Below are positions 37,744 to 48,723 of a stretch of DNA of 64,000 nt, in pieces. Positions within the stretch are counted from its first letter, which is position 1; every line of letters starts with the position of its first letter. The notes beneath the pieces were generated by a model. The model was not told the origin of the DNA and searched no databases. It worked only from the letters and a program-made list of their open reading frames with translations. Position numbers and translations under genes: made by a program. Source of the DNA: an uncultured Verrucomicrobiae bacterium (GTDB lineage: Bacteria; Verrucomicrobiota; Verrucomicrobiia; Limisphaerales; SIBH01); contig CAVXCM010000011.1 in NCBI GenBank assembly GCA_963760275.1, forward strand, positions 356,463 through 420,462, read 5' to 3'.

Positions 37744-39471
37744 GTGAAGGACGAACTAGCAGATCTCAAACAGCGTCACGAGCGGCTCAAGCTTCTTTAC
37801 GACGTCAGCAACACGTTGCACTCGTCGCTGGACGCGCAGGAGGCCTTGCGGCTCATCGTGAGCGAAGCCGTGCGTTTGACGCGCGCCAATAGCGGCTCTG
37901 TCGCGCTGTTCAATCCCACCTCCAATTCCCTCACAATTGAAGCCTCGCACGGATTACCACCCGAAGTCCTGGCGTTAAGCATGCCCGTTCATTTCGGCAT
38001 CACCGGCTGGGTGGCACGTCACGGCAAATCCGCTCGGGTCCCCAACGTTCAGCAAGATCGTCGTTACATTGCTCTGCGCCCGGAGGTGCGTTCCGAGCTG
38101 GCCGTTCCTCTCGAGGTGAACGGTGAGGTGCGTGGTGTCATCAACGTGGATTCAGATCGGGAAGATGCGTTCAGCGAAGAGGACGAATCGCTCCTGGAGG
38201 AACTCGCGCGGCTGGCCGCCAACGTCATCCATCACACGTGGCTCTATGAACAGATTCGCTTCAAGGCGCGCATGTTCGAATCGCTCGTCAGCATCAGCCA
38301 GACTATCAATTCCACGTTCAACCTTGATGACGCGCTCCGGACCATCACACGCGAAGCCTGCGTGCTGATGAAATCAAAAATGAGCTCGTTGCTGTTGCTG
38401 GATACCACCGGCGCATGGCTGGATCTCCGGGCCAGTTACGGAGCCGGCTCGCACTATTTAGCCAAACCACGACTAAGCGCGGCGGAGAGCCTCGTGGGCG
38501 TCGTCATGCGTCGCAAAAAGCCGCTGCAAATTGAGAACGTTCAAACCTCATCCCGTTACCAGAGCGTCGAAATCGCGGCCAACGAAGGCCTGACCTCACT
38601 ACTCAGTGCGCCCTTGATGTACAATGACGCGGCGATTGGAGTGCTCAATGTTTACACCGCGCGCAGCTACACATTTTCCAACGAAGAGATCCAGACCCTG
38701 ACCGCCCTGGCGGAGCTGTCGGCGCTTGCCATCGAGAAGGCCCGCCTCTACGAGCGCGTGGTGGATGTGGAAGAACAGTTGCGCCAAAGCGAAAAACTTT
38801 CGGCGTTGGGATTGCTCGCCGCGGAAGTGGCGCACGAGATTCGAAACCCCCTCACCGTGATGAAAATGCTCTTTCACTCACTGAACCTCCAATTCCCATC
38901 CGGAGATCCCAGGGAAAAGGATGCCAAGATCATGGGGGAGAAAATGGATCATCTGAACAAGATCGTTGAGCAGATTCTGGACTTCGCCCGGACCACCGAG
39001 CCGGCCCTGCGCGCAATCAATGCGAATCAACTCATCCAGGATTTGGCCCTTTTGGTGCGGCACAAGTTGACGAATCAGGCCATTCGTTTCGAACAACACC
39101 TTGAAGATGGCCTGCCGGACATTGCAGGCGATGCCGCCCAGCTGGAACAAGCGTTTCTCAACCTCACGTTGAATGCAGTGGAGGCCATGCCGAATGGGGG
39201 CAGCCTGACCATCACGACGAAGTCATTGCGCCTGCCCCGAAACAATCCCGGCCCCACTCATCTGCAAATTGAATTTACCGACACGGGTGCCGGGATGACG
39301 CCAGAGATGCGCGATCGCATGCATGATTCGCTTCTCAGCACCACAAAGGAAAAAGGGACGGGTCTGGGTTTGGCGATTGTGCGGCGAATCATCGAAGCGC
39401 ACCGGGGCAAATTGAAGATTCGGTCCGCCCCAGGCCGCGGGACGACAATGGCCGTCATCCTGCCGCTCTAA
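37744..39471 (+). CDS. Cytoplasmic sensor histidine kinase (2x GAF plus HisKA/HATPase)
   Basis: GITGWVA, SELAVPL, AHEIRNPL, NL..NA.EAM, D.G.G and TTK.KGTGLGL motifs; no TM. Confidence 0.92.
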   Translation: MKDELADLKQRHERLKLLYDVSNTLHSSLDAQEALRLIVSEAVRLTRANSGSVALFNPTSNSLTIEASHGLPPEVLALSMPVHFGITGWVARHGKSARVPNVQQDRRYIALRPEVRSELAVPLEVNGEVRGVINVDSDREDAFSEEDESLLEELARLAANVIHHTWLYEQIRFKARMFESLVSISQTINSTFNLDDALRTITREACVLMKSKMSSLLLLDTTGAWLDLRASYGAGSHYLAKPRLSAAESLVGVVMRRKKPLQIENVQTSSRYQSVEIAANEGLTSLLSAPLMYNDAAIGVLNVYTARSYTFSNEEIQTLTALAELSALAIEKARLYERVVDVEEQLRQSEKLSALGLLAAEVAHEIRNPLTVMKMLFHSLNLQFPSGDPREKDAKIMGEKMDHLNKIVEQILDFARTTEPALRAINANQLIQDLALLVRHKLTNQAIRFEQHLEDGLPDIAGDAAQLEQAFLNLTLNAVEAMPNGGSLTITTKSLRLPRNNPGPTHLQIEFTDTGAGMTPEMRDRMHDSLLSTTKEKGTGLGLAIVRRIIEAHRGKLKIRSAPGRGTTMAVILPL

Positions 39472-39872
39472 TCGCCTTCATCGCCGGCATCCATCTTGAA
39501 CGGCGGAATGCGGGTCAGCACTTTCCGTCCGCGTTCGTCCACGCCGATGTAGCTCCCTTCCGCCAAGGCCGTGGTCGTATCGTTCAAGTGAAAGCTGTTG
39601 TAGGAAAAGCTTTCGCCCGGATCGATCGTGGGAAACTGACCTACCACACCGTCGCCTTCAACAGCCGTGATCTCCCCACGTGAATTTTTCACAACCCACT
39701 TGCGACCCTTGATGGTTACGGAGACGTCGCTGTCGTTGTGAATAGTGATGAAGTAGGCGAAGCAATGAGGACGATCCTCCGGCGTCTGCGCCTCACGATG
39801 ATGGATGACACGGTCCACCGTGACTCGCAACCCAGGCAACTCCAGGAAATCCGTCTTTACGCTCACGGGCAC
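39468..39872 (-). CDS. apaG: ApaG domain protein
   Basis: FAY.ITI.N, R.W, VEG.GVVG..P.I.PG..F.Y.S and IP.F motifs; start uncertain. Confidence 0.85.
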   Translation of the reverse strand: MPVSVKTDFLELPGLRVTVDRVIHHREAQTPEDRPHCFAYFITIHNDSDVSVTIKGRKWVVKNSRGEITAVEGDGVVGQFPTIDPGESFSYNSFHLNDTTTALAEGSYIGVDERGRKVLTRIPPFKMDAGDEGD

Positions 39873-39963
39873 AATGTAGCGCAGCGATTCCGCCATACAC
39901 GCACGAACTGCTGCGAACAACACAAGCTTGCACCGATCTGTTGCCTCGCGTTCTGTTTGCCGC

Positions 39964-41358
39964 ATGAGAATCCAGTTCTGCGGCGCCACTCGCACCACGA
40001 CCGGCTCCATGTTCCTCTTGGAAGTAAACGGTCAACAAATTCTCCTCGAGTGCGGGCTATACCAGGGTCGGCGGGATGAATCGATCGCGCGCAACCGGAC
40101 CTTTCCATTCGACCCTTCCAAGGTGTCCGCCGCCATCGTTAGCCACGCTCATATCGATCACGTCGGAAATTTTCCCAATCTCTGCCGGCAAGGCTTTGTG
40201 GGAAACGTCTACTGCACGTTCGCCACGCGCGACCTGGCGGCCATCATGCTCGAAGATTCGGCGCAGATTCAGCATGATGACGCGGCATTTATCTCGAAGC
40301 AGCGCGCCAAGAAAGGTCTTCCTCCGGTCGAGCCGCTTTACTCGGGTGAGGATGCGCAGCGCGCCATCCAACAGTTCGTGACGTTCAACTACGATCGTCC
40401 GATGTCCATTGCCAACGGAGTGACGCTCACATTTCGGGATGCGGGCCACATCCTGGGCTCAGCGCAAGTGGTCCTCGACATCAACGAGAATGGCCGGAAG
40501 TTCCGTTACCTTTTCAGTGGCGACGTGGGGCGCGGAAACGATGAAATCCTGCGCGACCCAGATCCGGTTGAGAACGTGGACTTCCTGCAGATTGAGTCCA
40601 CGTACGGGGGACGTGATCACACCCTAAAAACCGATTCCGTCGAGAAGCTCGCCCGTCTGGTCAATGAAACTGTTGCGCGGAATGGCAAGGTGATTATTCC
40701 TGCCTTCGCGGTCGGACGCACGCAGCAACTGGTTTTCACGCTCCATCAACTGACTCTCGCCGGAAAAATTTCCCGGCTGGCGATGTTCGTGGATAGCCCG
40801 CTCAGCGTAAACGCCACGGAAGTGTTTCGACTTCACCCCGAGTGTTTCAACGAGGCCACCTACCGGTTCCTTCGCGAGAAAGCCAATCCGTTCGGCATGG
40901 AGAACCTCACCTACATCCGGGAGGTGATGCACTCGATGAAGCTGAACGAGCTGAAAGATCCGGCAATCATCATCAGTGCCTCAGGCATGGCCGAGGCCGG
41001 CCGCATTCGCCATCACTTAAAGAACAACATCGGTGATCCGAAAAACCTCATCCTCTTCGTCGGCTACTGTGCTGAACACACCTTGGGAGCCCAGATCGTC
41101 GCAGGTCGCTCACCCGTGAATATCTTCGGAGAGCCGTATCCGGTTCGGGCGCAGGTCGCTTCGCTTGATGCTTTTTCCGGGCATGCAGACCGCGGTGAAT
41201 TGAAGCAATACGTCAAAGCTATCACCGGCGACATAAAGAAGATTGCCGTCGTTCATGGCGAAGAATCGCAGGCCCTCGCGTTTGTGGATGAACTGAAGCA
41301 GATGAAGCCAAACGCAGAAGTGTTTGCCCCTGTGTACGGACAGGCTGCGGATTTTTGA
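39964..41358 (+). CDS. MBL-fold beta-CASP ribonuclease (YSH1-like)
   Basis: SHAHIDH, AGHILGSA, FSGD, ESTYG, PAFAVGRTQ, SASGM..GR..HH, FSGHAD and VHGE motifs. Confidence 0.93.
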   Translation: MRIQFCGATRTTTGSMFLLEVNGQQILLECGLYQGRRDESIARNRTFPFDPSKVSAAIVSHAHIDHVGNFPNLCRQGFVGNVYCTFATRDLAAIMLEDSAQIQHDDAAFISKQRAKKGLPPVEPLYSGEDAQRAIQQFVTFNYDRPMSIANGVTLTFRDAGHILGSAQVVLDINENGRKFRYLFSGDVGRGNDEILRDPDPVENVDFLQIESTYGGRDHTLKTDSVEKLARLVNETVARNGKVIIPAFAVGRTQQLVFTLHQLTLAGKISRLAMFVDSPLSVNATEVFRLHPECFNEATYRFLREKANPFGMENLTYIREVMHSMKLNELKDPAIIISASGMAEAGRIRHHLKNNIGDPKNLILFVGYCAEHTLGAQIVAGRSPVNIFGEPYPVRAQVASLDAFSGHADRGELKQYVKAITGDIKKIAVVHGEESQALAFVDELKQMKPNAEVFAPVYGQAADF

Positions 41359-41379
41359 GCGATGACGGGCGGAGGCTCT

Positions 41380-42555
41380 TCAGTTCCCACGCGCCCGTTT
41401 GACGAAGCCGCCCATTCGATCGATCGCCACTTGGATTTGATCGACGGCCGTTGCGAAACAAGCGCGCACGTAACCTTCGCCGCTCGCCCCGAATGCTCCT
41501 CCTGGCACGCACGCGACTTTTTCCTGTTCGAGGAGTTTCCACGCAAATTCCTTGGAGCTGAGACCTGTGCTCTTGATGCAAGGGAACGCGTAAAACGAAC
41601 CCCGCGGCAAATGACACGGAAGCCCCATGTCGTTGAAGCCCTTTACGATCAGGTTGCGGCGCAGACCATACTGTTCGCGCATTTCCAACATGTCCGGCCA
41701 GCCATGTTGGATGGCTTCAATTGCCGCTTCCTGGCTGATGATGCTCGCGCATAGCATCGAATATTGATGAATCTTCATCATGGCCTCGATGATCTCCACA
41801 GGTCCGCACGCGTAGCCGATGCGAAATCCCGTCATCGCGTAGGCCTTCGAAAAACCGTGCAGAAAGATGGTCCGTTCCGCCATATCCGGCAGCGACGCAA
41901 TGCTGGTGTGTTCGCCCTCAAAGGTCAGTTCCGAATAAATCTCGTCGGTAAACACCAGCAGGTTGTGACGCTTCACCAACGCGGCAATTTTCAGCAATTC
42001 GTCGCGCGTCATGGTGCCGCCCGTGGGATTGGTCGGGAAATTCAGGACGAGCACTTTGCTCCGGGGCGTGATCACTTTCTCAATCGCCGCCGCAGTGACG
42101 GCGAAGCCATTCTCCGCGCGGCACGAAACTGCCACGGGCACTCCATGGGCCATCGCAATGCTCGGCGAATAACTCACATAGCACGGTTCGTGGTAGATGA
42201 TCTCGTCGCCCGGATTCGTCACCGCGCGGAAGGCGATGTCCATCGCCTCGCTCACTCCCACCGCAATGATGATTTGATTCTTGGGGTTGTATCGGATGCG
42301 GAACTTTTCCGCGATATGGTCCGCAATCACTTCACGAAGCTTCAGCAACCCCAGGTTCGACGTGTAACCTGTCCTGCCGCGTTCCAGCGCGAAGATAGCC
42401 GCTTCGCGAATGTGCCAGGGAGTGACAAAGTCCGGTTCGCCCACACCCAGCGAGATGACGTCCTTCATGCCTTGAACGATGTCAAAAAAGTCGCGAATGC
42501 CCGAACGCGGAATGTCGCGCACGTTGCCTGCGATGAATTTGTCTGCTGTGAACAT
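41380..42555 (-). CDS. PLP-dependent aminotransferase class I/II (YugH/AlaT-like)
   Basis: SLGVGEPDF, NPTG, DEIY, GFSKAYAMTG.RIG and PG.AFG..GEG motifs. Confidence 0.93.
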   Translation of the reverse strand: MFTADKFIAGNVRDIPRSGIRDFFDIVQGMKDVISLGVGEPDFVTPWHIREAAIFALERGRTGYTSNLGLLKLREVIADHIAEKFRIRYNPKNQIIIAVGVSEAMDIAFRAVTNPGDEIIYHEPCYVSYSPSIAMAHGVPVAVSCRAENGFAVTAAAIEKVITPRSKVLVLNFPTNPTGGTMTRDELLKIAALVKRHNLLVFTDEIYSELTFEGEHTSIASLPDMAERTIFLHGFSKAYAMTGFRIGYACGPVEIIEAMMKIHQYSMLCASIISQEAAIEAIQHGWPDMLEMREQYGLRRNLIVKGFNDMGLPCHLPRGSFYAFPCIKSTGLSSKEFAWKLLEQEKVACVPGGAFGASGEGYVRACFATAVDQIQVAIDRMGGFVKRARGN

Positions 42556-42640
42556 GGTTATCGTGTGTTGAGTCGGTGAGTAAAATCAGGCGGAGGAAAA
42601 TCCGCAACGCCGCACTGCTGGCGGTCCAGCAATGCGGCCG

Positions 42641-43934
42641 TCAAGCGGCAGCTTTGTCGCTCTTGGCGCGGATGAGCGGCTTGGCTTCGCCACGCACGGT
42701 GGCAGCGGTAATTTTGATGGCTGCGACGTCATCCCGGCTGGGGATCTCGTACATCACATCGAGCATCAGCCTCTCGATTAGGCTGCGCAGAGCCCGGGCA
42801 CCGGTGCCTTTCTTGATGGCCAGTGTCGGCAAGCTCACGCAAAGCATCGTCGGAGAATTCGAGCTCTACATCTTCAAGCGCCATCAGCTTGGCATACTGT
42901 TTGGTCAGCGAATTCCGCGGCTCAGTCAGAATCTGAACGAGCTGGTCTTCGGTCAGTTGCTCCAGGACAGTCACCATGGGCAGGCGCCCAATGAATTCAG
43001 GAATGAACCCGTAGCTGATCAAGATCTTCCGGCTCCACGTGCTGGAGAATCTCGTCGCGATCGAATTCCGCCACTCTCTGCCCGTGTTCAACCGCACCGA
43101 AACCCATCACGCGATTGCCCAACCGGCGTTGGATGATTTTCTCCAGGCCAACGAACGCGCCGCCACAAATGAAGAGAATGCCGCTGGTATTGACGCGAAT
43201 GTATTCCTGCTGCGGATGCTTGCGTCCTCCTTGCGGAGGCACATTGCACACCGTGCCTTCCAGAATTTTGAGCAAGTGCCTGCTGCACGCCTTCGCCGGA
43301 CACGTCGCGCGTGATCGAAACGTTCTCTGTCTTGCGCGCGATCTTGTCGATTTCGTCGATGTAAACAATGCCACGCTGCGCGCGTTTCACGTCGTAATCG
43401 GAATTCTGAAGCAGGCGCAGGATGATGTTCTCAACGTCTTCACCCACATAACCCGCTTCGGTGAGCGTGGTGGCATCGGCGATGGCGAAGGGCACGTCCA
43501 GGATCCGGGCCAGGGTGCGCGCCAGCAACGTCTTGCCCGAGCCGGTATGGCCGATGAGCAGAATGTTGCTCTTTTCGAGTTCAACCTCGGCATCGCGCTG
43601 GGCCTTGAGTTCATCGCCGCCCTTCGCCTGCGTCGGCTCATGCAGGACGCGCTTGTAATGATTGTGCACCGCCACCGCCAAGTGTCTTCTTCGCCTGGTC
43701 CTGCCCAATGCAGTACTTGTCGAGGTAGTTCTTGATCTCGACCGGCTTGGGGACAGAGTTGATCGAGCGCTGGCTTTTTCGACTCAACGGCAGCAAGTTC
43801 CTTGTCCAGGACGCTTTTGCAGAGGATGACGCAGTTGTCGCAGATGTAAACGCCCGGCCCTGAATGAGCTTCTTCACCTCTGCGTGGGATTTCCCGCAGA
43901 AGCTGCAAAGCGTGATGTTCGTTGGACGCGCCAT
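42641..43934 (-). pseudogene. clpX: ATP-dependent Clp protease ATPase ClpX, broken by ~6 single-base indels (probably sequencing errors)
   Basis: [62 protein letters not shown] and TGARALRS motifs spread across several frames. Confidence 0.9.
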
Positions 43935-43946
43935 CCGGCGTACAAC

Positions 43947-44578
43947 TTACGCCGATGACCGAAGTGCGGTCAGGCAAATTCGTCATCTCTTTGCGGGAAA
44001 CCACGACCTCGTCCACGATGCCCAAACGCCTTGGCTTCCTCGGACGTCATGAAGTTATCGCGATCACACGCTTTCTCCACGACCTCGATCGGTTGGCCGG
44101 TATGTTTTGCCAGAATGTGTTCAAGCGCTGCTTAAGCTTGAGCATGTACTTGACGCGGATCTCCACGTCAGTCGCCTGGCCTTCCGCTCCGCCCAGCACC
44201 TGATGAATCATGATGTTCGCGTTCGGCAGGGCGTAACGTTTGCCCTTCGTGCCGCCCGCCAGCAGAACCGCGCCCATGCTCGCCGCCTGGCCAATGCAAT
44301 AGGTGTTCACGTCGCAGGTCATGAATTGCATCGTGTCGTAGATGGCCAATCCAGCCGTCACGCTGCCGCCGGGAGAGTTGATGTAAAGATGGATGTCCTT
44401 CTTCGGATCGCTCATCTGCAGGAACAAGCAGCTGGGCGATGATGACGTTGGCCACCATGTCGTCGATGGGCGTGCCGAGAAAAACGATGCGGTCCACCAG
44501 CAGGCGCGAGTAAATATCATAACCGCGCTCACCGCGACCGGTCTGCTCGATGACGTGGGGGATTAAGAAATTTTGCAT
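43947..44578 (-). pseudogene. clpP: Clp protease proteolytic subunit ClpP, broken by ~4 indels (probably sequencing errors)
   Basis: [46 protein letters not shown] and G.VD.V motifs across frames. Confidence 0.9.
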
Positions 44579-44651
44579 ATTCAATTCTGGCGACAAATCA
44601 TCGCGCGCGAACCTACCGAAGGCCCATGGGTGCGTCAAGGAACCGCCCCCG

Positions 44652-44804
44652 TCAGAACAGGGAGTAGATGAAGGGAGCCAAGGGAGACGTGGGGGCAAAC
44701 GCCAGAAACAGACCGAGCAACATCAAGATGACTACGAAAGGAACAAGCCACCATTTCTTCTCCTGCCGGAGGAAGAGCAAAAACTCTTTGAAAACGGACC
44801 ACAC
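44652..44804 (-). CDS. 50-aa membrane microprotein, DUF5989/SxtK-like (absent from the ORF track)
   Basis: My translation: [50 protein letters not shown]; KKWWL.P and APFIY.LF match the family pattern. Confidence 0.8.
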   Translation of the reverse strand: MWSVFKEFLLFLRQEKKWWLVPFVVILMLLGLFLAFAPTSPLAPFIYSLF

Positions 44805-44889
44805 CACCGCAGTGAAGCATCAAAGAATGCTCATTGAAACTCTATTCAGCATTCTCTGGCACACAGCGTAACCTCACCCTGCCGAGGGG

Positions 44890-47435
44890 TTATTTTTTGT
44901 CCAATTTATCCTCAGGAGCACCAATGACCATGACGCCCTCGGCCCCGGCATTCTCCTCGGGAATGCGCATGTCGTAGAACGAGCGGTAGACAAAGATCAG
45001 GGCGACAAGGAAAAAGAAAATACCAATGCCGAGCCGGTATTGTGATATTTGGGATCGCTCATCGTCACTGCTATTTCCACTGCGAGCAGACCAAAGAGCG
45101 TTGTGAATTTGATCACGGGGTTCAGCGCCACGGAGGAAGTGTCCTTGAACGGATCGCCCACGGTGTCGCCCACGACCGTCGCGGCGTGCAACTCGGTTCC
45201 TTTCTGGCGCAGATCGACTTCGACGATCTTTTTGGCGTTGTCCCATGCGCCGCCTGCGTTGGCCATGAAGATGGCTTGGAACAATCCGAAGAACGCGATG
45301 CCGATCAGGTAGCCGATGAAGAAGTAGGCGTTGAAGAAGGGCAGTGCGAGCGCGAAGCAAAAGACGACGATGAAGATGTTCCACATGCCCTTTTGCGCGT
45401 AGACGGTGCAGATGCGAACGACTTCCTTGCTGTCCTTCTCGGATGCAGTGGTCGCATCGAGCTTCATGTTCTCCTTGATGTAAACGACTGCGCGATAAGC
45501 GCCCGTCACAACCGCCTGGCACGAAGCGCCGGTGAACCAGTAGATCACCGAGCCGCCCATGATGAGTCCGAGAATGATTTCCGGTTGCACGATGCTCAGT
45601 GCGTCGATGACCGGTTTGAAAGGCCCTCCAGCTCCAGCGGCCAACTGCACCTCATACATCTGCTGCAACAGAATGATGATGCCGAACACCATCGTGGTCG
45701 CGCCGACGACGGCGGTGCCAATGAGCACGGGCTTGGCCGTGGCTTTGAAGGTGTTGCCGGCGCCGTCGCCTTTTTCCAGTTGGTGCTTGGCATTCTCAAA
45801 ATCAGGATCGAATCCAAAATCCCGTTCGAATCTCCTCCTTGATGCCTCTGCTTCCCCTCGATCTGGCTCAACTCATAAACCGATTGGGCGTTGTCCGTCA
45901 CCGGGCCGTAGCTGTCCACCGCGATGGTGACCGGCCCCATGCCGAGGAAACCAAAGGCCACCAGACCGAAGGCAAAGATGGGCGCGGCGAACAGGAATTT
46001 CGCCGGCATGAGCGCGAGCAACGCGGCATTCTGGGAGAAATAATACGCGGCGCCCATCAGCGCCATGATGCAAAGCCCCATCCAGAACGCGGAGAAATTG
46101 CCCGCCACGAATCCGGACAGAATGTTCAGCGACGCGCCACCATGCTTGGAGCAATTCGTCACTTCGCGCACATGACGGGAGCTGGTGCTGACGAACACCT
46201 TGGTGAACTCCGGGATCACCGCGCCAGCCACCGTGCCGCAACTGATGATGCACGACAGCACCCACCACAGAGCAGGCTGCGCGGCTCCAGTGGCATCTCG
46301 GAAATCGCCCAGCAGCATTTTGCTCGCGATGAAGGTGACGGCGATGGAAACCGCCGAGGTGATCCAAACGAGATGCGTCAGCGGCGCTTCGAAATCGAAA
46401 TCCTTCTTGCCGCCGAACATGGCTTTGCTCAGGCCTTCGTTCACGAAGTAGGAGACGAGCGACGTCACGATCATCAACGCGCGCATGACGAACAGCCAGA
46501 TGATGAGCGTCGCCACGATCGCAGGCGTGGCCGCCAGCGCCAGCGCGAGGAAGGCGATCAAGCGCCACGCCCGTGACGCCGTAGGTTTCAAAACCGTCCG
46601 CCGTCGGGCCCACGGAGTCGCCCGCGTTGTCGCCGGTGCAGTCCGCGATGACGCCGGGGTTCTTCGGATCGTCTTCGGGCAGTTTGAAAACGATCTTCAT
46701 CAGGTCCGAGCCGATGTCCGCAATCTTGGTGAAGATGCCGCCGCAAATGCGCAGCACGCTCGCGCCGAGCGATTCACCGATGGCGAATCCGATGAAGCAC
46801 GGGCCGACCAGATCGCGCGGCAGAAACATCAGGATGCAAATCATGAAGAACAATTCCACCGCCACGAGCAGCAACCCCACGCTCATGCCGGAGCGCAGCG
46901 GAATGCCGAGCGTCGCCAAGCGGATTGCCTTTCAGCGCGGAGAACGCGGTGCGCGAATTGGAGACGGTGTTGATGCGAATGCCGAACCACGCCACGCCGT
47001 AGGAACCGAGGATGCCCAGGATGGAGGCCAGCAGGATCACAACGACATGCCCAACCGAGTTGCCTCTGCAGAGGCGCCGAAATAATAAACCATGCACGCC
47101 GCGATGAGCAGCCAGAGGATGGCGAGGAACTTACCCTGCGTGAACAGATAGGTTTTGCACGTCTCCCAAATCGTGTGGGAGACGTTCGCCATGCTGGCGT
47201 GAACGGGCAGCGCTTTGGTTTGCAAATATTGAACGAGGCCGAACGCAGCGCCGACGGCACAGATGCCAATGCCGATGTACATGAGCATGGCACCGCTCAT
47301 GCCGCCCAAGCCGTCGAACCGAACGGCGCTCAGATCCGGAATCTTGATGTCAGCTTCGCTGGCGAAAAGATTCGGTGTGAATGTGAAAAGAAGAAGAAAC
47401 AGAAGGCCCCAAAACGGACGTATTAATTTGCCCAT
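44890..47435 (-). pseudogene. hppA: Membrane-integral (H+/Na+) pyrophosphatase, broken by at least 5 indels (probably sequencing errors)
   Basis: GGIFTK.AD.G.DL, EDDPKNPGVIAD..GDN.GD, DSYGP..DNA, GNTFKA, N.GGAWDNAKK and VGDTVGDPFKDT motifs across six overlapping ORFs. Confidence 0.9.
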
Positions 47436-47517
47436 AGGATTGGTCGTAAGTTGCTAAGTGCAGCGACATGAGCCAAGCCCAAACTTTGATCCAGCCCATT
47501 TGTCCGGCTTCGGCCAA

Positions 47518-48723
47518 TCAAATCGGCAGGGTGAAATAGAATTGCGCTCCCTGTCCTGTCTCGCTCTCCACCCATACCTTTCCGCCATGCGACTGAATGA
47601 TGTGCTTGACGATGGCAAGTCCCAAACCAGTGCCGCCCGCGTCGCGTGAACGCGCCTTGTCCACACGATAGAACCGTTCGAAAACTCGCTCCCGTGCCTC
47701 GGCCGGGATGCCGGGGCCGTCGTCCGATACACAGAGTTCCACCTGCCCAGGGATCGCACGGCCCTTGACCGTCACTCGGCCATTGAGGCGCCCGTACTTG
47801 ATAGCATTCTCGATCAGGTTGACGAGGACTTGTTCCAATCGATCCGGATCGGCCCGCCCGTGCAGGGCCTCAGGAATTTCATTCACAACGAGCGTGCCTC
47901 GTTCCTTCGCCCTCGTTTGAAGCTCCGCGATCAGCGACGCGGTGAACGCCTTCAAGGGAACGGTTTTTAGCTGCAACGTAATTTGGCCGGACTCCAGGCG
48001 TGAAATGGTCAGCAGGTCCTCGATTAGATTGGTCAGCCGATTGGAGTGCCGCTCGATGGTGCCCAAGAATTTGGCTGATGTCACAGGGTCAGTGACCGCC
48101 CCATCCAGGAGAGTTTCCACGTAGCCCTTGATCAGGGAGAGGGGGGTGCGCAGCTCATGGCTGACATTGGCGACAAATTCACGACGCGTATTTTCCAACT
48201 GTCGAATGCGTGTGAGATCATGAAAAACGAAGATGGTGCCTTGCTGGCGGTTTTCCCGATCCACCACCGTGGCCGCGCTAACTTCGAAATACCTCGGCTC
48301 CATTCCGCCGACTTCCAACTCGCAACTCAAAACATTCCTCTCCGTGTCCAGACGGGCAAGCAGTTGCGATAACTCCGGACGGCGAAAGGCCTCGTTCAAG
48401 GTGCGGCCGCGTACATCCACATTCAGGGCCAATTGTTTTTCGAGAGATTGATTAACCAGTTGGACTCGGCCGCTGCGGTCCAGCAGCACCACGCCTTCGA
48501 CCATGCTGTTAAATAAGGTTTGTCGCTCGGCTTTGGCTTGGTCTTCCAATTCACGCTGATGCCTGGCTGCAATGTCGCGTTCGTTACGCATGGCATGAAG
48601 CTGCGAATGAGCGGCGCGCAGTCTGGATTGGTAGAAGAGGACGATTCCAAGCAGCAGCAGCGCAATGCCCCCCGCCGCAATTGGCCATCCCCAGCTTGTT
48701 ATTTCAGCAAGGTCGACATTCAC
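47518..48723 (-). CDS. phoR: Phosphate regulon sensor kinase (1 TM, PAS, HisKA, HATPase)
   Basis: EFVANVSHELRTPL, NLIENAIKY and FERFYRVDKARSR..GGTGLGL motifs; follows phoB and pst. Confidence 0.88.
   Translation of the reverse strand: MNVDLAEITSWGWPIAAGGIALLLLGIVLFYQSRLRAAHSQLHAMRNERDIAARHQRELEDQAKAERQTLFNSMVEGVVLLDRSGRVQLVNQSLEKQLALNVDVRGRTLNEAFRRPELSQLLARLDTERNVLSCELEVGGMEPRYFEVSAATVVDRENRQQGTIFVFHDLTRIRQLENTRREFVANVSHELRTPLSLIKGYVETLLDGAVTDPVTSAKFLGTIERHSNRLTNLIEDLLTISRLESGQITLQLKTVPLKAFTASLIAELQTRAKERGTLVVNEIPEALHGRADPDRLEQVLVNLIENAIKYGRLNGRVTVKGRAIPGQVELCVSDDGPGIPAEARERVFERFYRVDKARSRDAGGTGLGLAIVKHIIQSHGGKVWVESETGQGAQFYFTLPI

Noticed and set aside
44652-44804. Saxitoxin-type biosynthetic cluster suggested by the SxtK-like ORF
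   Set aside because: No other sxt-like genes are present. The family is widespread outside toxin clusters.
42641-47435. Programmed frameshifting or genuine pseudogenisation of clpX/clpP/hppA
   Set aside because: There are too many breaks, no slippery heptamers, and no accompanying substitutions or nonsense codons. The pattern fits sequencing insertions.
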